Positions 63,269-64,000 of a DNA stretch of 64,000 bases are shown piece by piece. Numbering within the stretch: the first letter of the stretch is position 1; each line of letters starts with the position of its first letter. The notes beneath the pieces are model-generated. The model ran no database searches. It saw nothing but the letters and a program-made list of their open reading frames with translations, and was not told the origin of the DNA. Source of the stretch: an uncultured beta proteobacterium (GTDB lineage: Bacteria > Pseudomonadota > Gammaproteobacteria > Burkholderiales > SG8-39); NCBI GenBank assembly GCA_963811085.1, contig CAWEPV010000003.1, positions 225,721-289,720 of the forward strand, written 5' to 3'. Both the position numbers and the translations under genes were made by a program.

Positions 63269-64000
63269 CTAGCCGCAGGCCGCGCGCACCTGCTTCATCG
63301 TGGTGAGACCCATCAGAGCCTTCTCGATGCCGTCCTGCCGCAGCGTACGCATGCCCTCCGCGAGCGCGCGCTCGCGGACCGCCTCGGGTTCCGCGCGCCG
63401 GTGGATGAGCTTCCTCAAAACCGTGCTCGTCAGCATGAGCTCGTGCAGGCCGAGGCGGCCCTTGTAGCCCAAGCCGCTGCAGTTCTCGCAGCCGGCGCCG
63501 TGCATGGAATAAAGCCTGCCCTTCTTGCCCAGGCGCCGGCGCCAATCGGCCACGAGCGCCGACTGATCCGCGTGCCCGCCTTCGGCGTATTCCAGCGCGA
63601 TCCCCGCCACCTCTTCGTCCCGAAGCTCGACCGGACTCGAGCAGGTCGAACACACGCGGCGCACGAGCCGCTGCGCAAGTACGCCCTGCAGCGAATCGCC
63701 GAACTTGAAGGGATCAACGCCGAGGTCCAGCAGACGCGCCACCGTTTCCGGCGCGCTGTTGGTGTGCAGCGTTGAAAACACCAGATGGCCCGTCAGCGAG
63801 GCTTCGACTGCCGCCTGCGCGGTTTCCCGGTCGCGAATCTCCCCGACCATGATCACGTCGGGATCCGCGCGCAGCAGCGAGCGGAGCGTCTCGGCGAAAG
63901 TCCAGCCGATCTTCGCGTTCACCTGCACCTGCGACAGGCCTTCCTGAGTGATCTCGATCGGATCCTCCGCGGTCCAGATCTTTCGCTCGGGCGTATTGAT
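63269..64000 (-). CDS. GspE/PilB-family secretion ATPase, C-terminal ~243 codons (5' end beyond window)
   Basis: The frame is open to position 64000. It has a Walker B/His box region (DPDVIMVGEIRD...GHLVFSTLHTN) and a tetracysteine motif (CSTCS...CENCSGLGYKGR). Confidence 0.85.
   Translation of the reverse strand: MNTPERKIWTAEDPIEITQEGLSQVQVNAKIGWTFAETLRSLLRADPDVIMVGEIRDRETAQAAVEASLTGHLVFSTLHTNSAPETVARLLDLGVDPFKFGDSLQGVLAQRLVRRVCSTCSSPVELRDEEVAGIALEYAEGGHADQSALVADWRRRLGKKGRLYSMHGAGCENCSGLGYKGRLGLHELMLTSTVLRKLIHRRAEPEAVRERALAEGMRTLRQDGIEKALMGLTTMKQVRAACG

Overview
This is a 64-kb, gene-dense chromosomal segment at roughly 68-70% GC from a proteobacterium. Operon styles look betaproteobacterial, but that is inference only because no database search was possible. 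I call 67 protein-coding loci, three of them frameshifted. I found no rRNA, tRNA, CRISPR, IS element or integrase.

Main blocks, in order:
- 1-2.1 kb: acyl-CoA dehydrogenase (partial) and an MFS transporter.
- 2.2-12.7 kb: an OMF-MFP-RND efflux operon, then DUF4124, PepSY, a DedA+PAP2+LssY fusion protein and an OmpR/PmrA-type two-component system. Two near-identical PmrA-like direct-repeat boxes sit in this block.
- 14.7-18.9 kb: a Cyc2-like fused monoheme cytochrome/beta-barrel gene, then a diheme cytochrome c4 and a BamE-like protein. A c5-c5-beta-sandwich fusion cytochrome is divergently transcribed behind an FNR-type box. This is my top candidate for an uncharacterised system (an outer-membrane electron conduit).
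- 18.9-26.7 kb: hydroxyquinol 1,2-dioxygenase and an amidohydrolase / aldo-keto reductase / racemase-like / hydantoinase cluster.
- 26.6-40.5 kb: urtABCDE-ureD ... ureA-(alpha/beta hydrolase)-ureBCEFG-ureJ on the minus strand. It is split by a lower-GC plus-strand insert (GST and a second hydrolase). Sigma54-type promoters precede urtA and ureA.
- 40.7-49.7 kb: CBS protein, satP-acs, bactofilin, aminotransferase and transporters.
- 50-54 kb: an ArsR-SRPBCC-DUF1428-SRPBCC-VOC stress-type cluster.
- 54-56 kb: SorA-like sulfite dehydrogenase with a diheme cytochrome.
- 56-64 kb: PBP1B, MFS, globin, a second D-aminoacylase-like gene and a partial GspE/PilB ATPase.

Other notable observations:
- A TTTGAY-N4-GTCAAA palindrome recurs in front of three or four redox-related genes.
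- Four indels are confined to three hydrolase genes, and two of those genes are paralogs broken five codons apart.
- A perfect 19-bp direct repeat lies upstream of satP-acs.

All family names come from motif recognition in the supplied translations. None was verified by search.
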